Position numbers and translations under genes: made by a program | Shown: positions 59,748-64,000 of the stretch, piece after piece | Layout of the letters: the number at the start of each line of letters is the position of its first letter | Position numbering within the stretch: position 1 is the stretch's first letter | DNA from: a virus | IMG/VR virus record: IMGVR_UViG_3300030090_007211 | Coordinates: 87,932 to 151,931 of that record | DNA length: 64,000 nt | Direction: 5' to 3' (one strand) | The notes under the pieces: model-generated | What the model was told of the DNA's origin: nothing | What the model saw: only the letters and a program-made list of their open reading frames with translations | The model's database searches: none

Positions 59748-60722
59748 TTAATCAAATTTCAACATGTCTTTCATGTAAAGTAAATCACCAACTTGATAGA
59801 TGATTTCTTCTTTACTATACCCTTGTTCTTGTAAAGAAATAATTGATTCTACTATTTCTTTAGCGTCACTTTCATAATCATCCTCAAATCCATCAATATC
59901 TAAAATATTAGGTATTGGTGTGTTATCAACTTCCTCTTCAAAATGAATATACTTCTCATTTCTCAAAAAGAGAATAAGATTATAACCCATTTTTAAAGAT
60001 TTTTCTACTTCATCTACTACCACATATTCTCTATCACTATGTTGTTGATAATATCCACACCCTAAATTAAGACAATTAAAATCGAATTTTTGTGCTAATT
60101 GATTAACATCAGTAAAGGGATCATTACTAAATTTTTTATATCCTCCTTCTGCCAAAATAGGGGTAATTTTTTGTTTAAACCCTTCATCTAAAATTTTAAC
60201 ACCTGAACAAACTTCCGTAATCCAATCTGCACTAGGCGCATCAAATTGGATAGCATACCCTACATTATTAAAAAATTCTCTTTCTGCCACCCTAGAACCT
60301 AACATACCAATCTCTTCCTCAACAAAAAATGCCCCTTTTAAGACATCTAACTCTTCAAACAAAGAAAGACATACAAATACTCCACATTTATCATCCCCAC
60401 CAATACCAGTCTGTTGTCCAGTAATTGGGTGATAAGCTTTTAATTTACCTTCTTCATCTTCTACAATTGCTAATCTTTCATTATTTTCAATTAATTGATG
60501 GTGGTGACGATGAACAGTGTCAATATGTGAAACTACACAAGGGTAAAATTCCCCAGTAGTCATTTTTTCTTCTCCTTTTATTAAGTAAACGTTTCCTTTT
60601 ATATCTACTTTACTTTCTATCCCATTATCTGCGGCGAACTTTAAAATAAAATCCCTCATTAATACTTCATTAGTAGAATAAGTAGGGACTGACAATACTT
60701 CTTTTAAAAACTTTTTATCCAT
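59748..60722 (-). CDS. M20/M28 family zinc peptidase
   Basis: SHIDTVH, GGDDKCG, EEEIG, QFD, YYQQHS. Confidence 0.85.
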   Translation of the reverse strand: MDKKFLKEVLSVPTYSTNEVLMRDFILKFAADNGIESKVDIKGNVYLIKGEEKMTTGEFYPCVVSHIDTVHRHHHQLIENNERLAIVEDEEGKLKAYHPITGQQTGIGGDDKCGVFVCLSLFEELDVLKGAFFVEEEIGMLGSRVAEREFFNNVGYAIQFDAPSADWITEVCSGVKILDEGFKQKITPILAEGGYKKFSNDPFTDVNQLAQKFDFNCLNLGCGYYQQHSDREYVVVDEVEKSLKMGYNLILFLRNEKYIHFEEEVDNTPIPNILDIDGFEDDYESDAKEIVESIISLQEQGYSKEEIIYQVGDLLYMKDMLKFD

Positions 60723-60740
60723 TTTATTAAATATTATAAA

Positions 60741-60772
60741 CAAATATACAAAAAAATATTTTAATATCCAAA
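60741..60772 (-). promoter_or_regulatory. Bacteroidota primary-sigma promoter
   Basis: TTTG-N20-TATATTTG. Confidence 0.85.
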
Positions 60773-60868
60773 CAATATTATTACTTTTTTATTACTATTA
60801 TTCTTTACAAAAAGGGTTTGAATAAGTATTTATTAACAAAGATAACAAATAAATAAAGATATTATATT

Positions 60869-60973
60869 ATGGGATGTGGATGTAAAAAGAAAAAAGCTGC
60901 GAAACCAAAAACTACTACAACTACTAAAAGTACACCAACTAAACCAGTAACACCAAAACCTAAATCTAAGTAA
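60869..60973 (+). CDS. 34-aa basic MGCGC peptide (not in ORF track)
   Basis: manual translation MGCGCKKKKAAKPKTTTTTKSTPTKPVTPKPKSK; TATTTAT at 60827-33. Confidence 0.65.
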   Translation: MGCGCKKKKAAKPKTTTTTKSTPTKPVTPKPKSK

Positions 60974-60974
60974 A

Positions 60975-61442
60975 TTAGGTTAACTGATTGGCGGGTCCTC
61001 GTGCAGGACTTACTGACCATGGAGAATTATCTAAAGTATTATCCGGACCTCTTTGAGGGCTTACTGACCATGGGGAATTATCTAAAGTATTCGCCGGTCC
61101 CCTAGTGGGTGAAACTAAATCATCCCATTTGGTGTAACTACCTGTGGAGGCGCTTTCTCCACCACCTTCTTCTTGTTCCTCAATAGGTTCTTCTTCTTCT
61201 AAACCAATACCATATTCATTTACTACAAACCCCGAGTCTTGCTCTTTATCATAATAACCTAAATAAACCCCATAATGATCATATACTATTACTTCATATT
61301 CATTACTACTAAAATTTAAATCATTAGGTGAGTCTACCCAACTTAGAATATGAGTATACCATTCTTTAGGGTCATTAATTATTTCCCCGAACTCTCTCAG
61401 TAACACTTTTTTGTATTGGGACTCTGTAAGTTTAATTTTCAT
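60975..61442 (-). CDS. IKLTESQY-leader protein with C-terminal 17-aa tandem repeats
   Basis: MKIKLTESQYKKVLLRE; three units of W..VSP.RGP.N.L. Confidence 0.7.
   Translation of the reverse strand: MKIKLTESQYKKVLLREFGEIINDPKEWYTHILSWVDSPNDLNFSSNEYEVIVYDHYGVYLGYYDKEQDSGFVVNEYGIGLEEEEPIEEQEEGGGESASTGSYTKWDDLVSPTRGPANTLDNSPWSVSPQRGPDNTLDNSPWSVSPARGPANQLT
60978..61127. repeat. about 3 x 51-bp coding tandem repeat
   Basis: cttactgaccatgg(a/g)gaattatctaaagtatt recurs at 51-nt spacing. Confidence 0.8.
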
Positions 61443-61444
61443 TT

Positions 61445-62098
61445 CTATCCTATATTACTTAATAACTTCTGAAAATTATACCTTGATAAATCAAAGTCAT
61501 TATCCTCATCATTTTTATATGGTAGAACCTCATACTGATTGTCTTCATCATAAAAATCATCTTTAACCATTTCTTTTTGGGGATTGATTTCCTCTATGTC
61601 ATCCAAATCAAATACATTTTCTATAGTTTTAAAGTTTAAATCCATTTCTCCTACTACAAAATCTTCTACATCACCAATTCTAATATTCTTTAATGCTTCT
61701 TGTGGGGTTTTCCCCATTACGTATATATTGGCATCAGGATATCCTCTACCAACTATTTCAATAGTTGTAGGTACAGAGGTAGGTATTTTCCATACCCCCA
61801 TATACTCTAAAGGTTTACCTATTAACTCCTTCAAATCATGTTGTGAGTGGAAATCTACCATTATTTTAAAATTATGTGCCAAAATGATTGCCTCCTCTTG
61901 GGTTAACACTAAATCCTCCATTATATAGTCAACAATGTTATAATTCATTTTTAACTCTCCGTTTTGTATTTTATCTCTAATTTTTTCAAATACCTTTACC
62001 ATGAACGGATTTACTGTCTTACTCACTCTTCCCCAGTTCTCACCAGTGTCCTCAGTTAATAATCTATTATATTGGCTTTCTGTTAATTTAATTTTCAT
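61445..62098 (-). CDS. IKLTESQY-leader acidic protein
   Basis: MKIKLTESQYNRLLTE. Confidence 0.7.
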   Translation of the reverse strand: MKIKLTESQYNRLLTEDTGENWGRVSKTVNPFMVKVFEKIRDKIQNGELKMNYNIVDYIMEDLVLTQEEAIILAHNFKIMVDFHSQHDLKELIGKPLEYMGVWKIPTSVPTTIEIVGRGYPDANIYVMGKTPQEALKNIRIGDVEDFVVGEMDLNFKTIENVFDLDDIEEINPQKEMVKDDFYDEDNQYEVLPYKNDEDNDFDLSRYNFQKLLSNIG

Positions 62099-62099
62099 T

Positions 62100-62708
62100 T
62101 TAATTATTTACTAAATTTACATCATGAACAATATCCTCCCAATCCTGATCATAGATTCTATCAGAAATGTAATCATCTATATAACCTTCATCTATCTCCC
62201 ATTGAATATCCATCACCTCATACTCTACATATTGTCTATCGTCTACATCATAATCATAATAATCACCATTTTCTAATTGAGTTAAAAACTCTTCTTGATC
62301 AGTAGCATATCCCGTATACGTACCCATTTGGTATCCACTTAAAAACCCCCTCAGCGGAATATCTTGATTAAATTCAAACTCCCCATAAAACTCTAATGGC
62401 TCACCTAAAAATTCACTAAAGTCTCCTTCATAATTTTCAGGATTTATTTTTAAAAAATAGTTATAACAGATAACTAAAGATACTGCGTTTGGTATTGCTA
62501 AATCTTGTGCTACCTTTTTTGATATCATAGGTATATCCCTTAATTCTTTAAAATTAGGATATCGTTTTCTTATAAAATTAAAACATTTTATAATAAACTT
62601 ATCAACCTTATTACCTATCTCTTTAAAGTTAACAGTACCATCAAGAAAATCTTTATCATTTTCTTTTAATAATCTATTATATTGGCTCTCCAGTAATTTG
62701 ATCCTCAT
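62100..62708 (-). CDS. IKLLESQY-leader acidic protein, paralog of 61445..62098
   Basis: likely start MRIKLLESQYNRLLKE; shared G.PLE(Y/F).G. Confidence 0.7.
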   Translation of the reverse strand: MRIKLLESQYNRLLKENDKDFLDGTVNFKEIGNKVDKFIIKCFNFIRKRYPNFKELRDIPMISKKVAQDLAIPNAVSLVICYNYFLKINPENYEGDFSEFLGEPLEFYGEFEFNQDIPLRGFLSGYQMGTYTGYATDQEEFLTQLENGDYYDYDVDDRQYVEYEVMDIQWEIDEGYIDDYISDRIYDQDWEDIVHDVNLVNN

Positions 62709-63120
62709 AGTCTTCTTCAGTTTCATTATCACCATCTTCTTTTTTAAGAGTTTCTCCAATAATATAGGAACCAACAAATGGTGTTAATGCCGCAAAATAT
62801 GCACTCATACCCATTAAATCGGCTTTATTTATTATTGTAAAAATTCCTATTAATAACCATAACCCTACTGTTACATAAATAACAATTTCTCTTTTACTAG
62901 ATTTACCTGGTCGAAATATAGATGCATCATTACTTTGTCTAACTGATTCACCATACATATATGCCCCAGCAAAACCTGTTAATGAAATAAAATAAGCCGC
63001 CAATTCAGTAAAATCAGTTTCATGGTAAGTACCTAAAATACCAATTCCTACCCAAATTAAAATTATAATATATGTTAAACATTCTCGTTTAGAATCACAA
63101 CATCTTCTTAAAAAATTCAT
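62677..63120 (-). CDS. four-TM membrane protein with internal duplication
   Basis: SKRE...W..IGI...AYF..LT.F...Y..GE occurs twice; start trimmed to MNFLRR. Confidence 0.7.
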   Translation of the reverse strand: MNFLRRCCDSKRECLTYIIILIWVGIGILGTYHETDFTELAAYFISLTGFAGAYMYGESVRQSNDASIFRPGKSSKREIVIYVTVGLWLLIGIFTIINKADLMGMSAYFAALTPFVGSYIIGETLKKEDGDNETEEDYEDQITGEPI

Positions 63121-63153
63121 AATGTTTTTTTTTAATAAATATCTATGGGGCAT

Positions 63154-63180
63154 AAAAAAACCCACCTACTTGGTGGGTTT
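63154..63180 (-). terminator. intrinsic terminator
   Basis: AAACCCACC-TACTT-GGTGGGTTT plus a U-run. Confidence 0.85.
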
Positions 63181-63198
63181 AATTTTAAAGGGTTGGTA

Positions 63199-63357
63199 TT
63201 AAGCGCTTTTAAATGCTAATAAGAATTCTCTTACACCAACACCAATAGCAATACCTGCATATAATACACTTCCATTAATAAATAATGCAGTTGCAATTGC
63301 ACCACATAGGCCAGCTCTAAATAAACTGTTATTTACTATTTTACTAATTGTTTCCAT
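63199..63357 (-). CDS. 52-aa two-TM protein (not in ORF track)
   Basis: manual translation METISKIVNNSLFRAGLCGAIATALFINGSVLYAGIAIGVGVREFLLAFKSA. Confidence 0.6.
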   Translation of the reverse strand: METISKIVNNSLFRAGLCGAIATALFINGSVLYAGIAIGVGVREFLLAFKSA

Positions 63358-63424
63358 ATTTTAATATTAATTATATGTTATTTTCAACATATAAATATAT
63401 AAAATATATAATGAAAGTAAATAA

Positions 63425-64000
63425 TTATATAACTTCGGTTGTGGTTGAGGATAACTCATTAATACATTTACTTCGAAGAGTAGACCTTGTTTCATATATT
63501 AATTCATAAAATTCTTCCATTGCATTATCATATACGTCATAATCGGTTTCCCCTTCTTCATTAATATAATTCTCTTCATCTGGATACTCAAAATCATCTT
63601 CATCTTGTTGATGGAATCCGTTTTTATTAATTGCAAATGCACCTACAGGTGAATAACTTTCATCTTCATAGTCACCATTTATATTACATTCGGGATCAAT
63701 TTTACTACATACTTCAAAAAGATGTTTAACAAAGTGTTCAGGATAATACCAAGCAGAAGTGGTAGATATTTCTGCTTCTTCCCCATCTACCCAGAAATCA
63801 TCATGATAACACCATTTAGCACCTACATTTTCCCCAAACCACGATATATTATTTTCCATATCATCATAAAATGCCCCAATTAAGGCGAGATAGTTATCTT
63901 CTTTATTTCTTTCTTCAGTTAATTTTCTTTTTTCTTCTAAAAATTTCATTAATTTTTCATTACCTTCTATGGTAATATTTGTCATTACATGATTTGCCAT
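63425..64000 (-). CDS. DUF1281/YubB ferredoxin-like protein
   Basis: MANHV.TNITIEG, W..ENVGAKW, TSAW..P. Confidence 0.6.
   Translation of the reverse strand: MANHVMTNITIEGNEKLMKFLEEKRKLTEERNKEDNYLALIGAFYDDMENNISWFGENVGAKWCYHDDFWVDGEEAEISTTSAWYYPEHFVKHLFEVCSKIDPECNINGDYEDESYSPVGAFAINKNGFHQQDEDDFEYPDEENYINEEGETDYDVYDNAMEEFYELIYETRSTLRSKCINELSSTTTEVI

Noticed and set aside
60978-61127. Possible CRISPR-like array
   Set aside because: 51-nt in-frame coding repeat with synonymous variation and no unique spacers
1233-61928. Many short ORF-track entries antisense or out of frame within longer genes (e.g. 1233..1415, 3756..4112, 14541..14759, 25372..25653, 41366..41691, 47132..47461, 53666..53878, 61584..61928)
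   Set aside because: Shadow ORFs of well-supported genes; Ser/Ile/Phe-rich antisense composition, no motifs or promoters
1-64000. Canonical T4 late promoters TATAAATA
   Set aside because: The 8-mer is frequent, but at gene starts it lies on the non-coding strand, so the functional orientation appears to be TATTTATA
1-64000. Stop-codon recoding, as in some large Bacteroidota phages
   Set aside because: Genes are full length and tightly packed under code 11; TAA, TAG and TGA all end recognisable genes
1-64000. tRNA, rRNA or tmRNA genes
   Set aside because: No cloverleaf or T-loop signature found by eye in the short intergenic gaps; tRNAscan-SE or Aragorn would be decisive
1-64000. Bacterial chromosome or prophage interpretation
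   Set aside because: Host-like genes are isolated among orphans with no housekeeping operons, integrase or att site; a large lytic phage fits better, though hallmark virion genes lie outside this window

Overview
AT-rich, gene-dense segment, mostly coding on the minus strand. It most likely comes from a large (jumbo/huge) lytic phage of a Bacteroidota host, probably Flavobacteriia. No capsid, terminase or polymerase genes are in this window. The phage call rests on many short orphan ORFs, phage-type genes (DUF932, DUF3310, dNK, HNH, DenV-like, holin-like) and isolated host-like genes outside their normal operons (rpsU, ferritin, iscA, map, LOG, YqeY, MarC, PrsW, ECF sigma). The host call rests on five exact Bacteroidota primary-sigma promoters (TTTG-N20-TAnnTTTG), a Bacteroidia-type bS21 and three T9SS cargo proteins. 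Main signals read from the sequence: (1) a second promoter class, TA(T/C)TTAT(A) on the coding strand, in front of more than 25 genes (presumed late); (2) a TTACA-N6-TTACA direct repeat fixed 30-31 nt upstream of a subset of those promoters; (3) late promoters inside hairpins that would hide the downstream start region on read-through transcripts; (4) about 14 late proteins with an N-terminal (I/L)-x-E leader and several with (I/L)-x-E linkers between domains, suggesting protease-matured, capsid-packaged cargo (ART-like, RNA-repair, methyltransferase and ParB-like enzymes plus two expanded paralogous domain families). No tRNA, rRNA, CRISPR array, intron or stop-codon recoding was seen. All family assignments come from motif recognition by eye, not from database searches.
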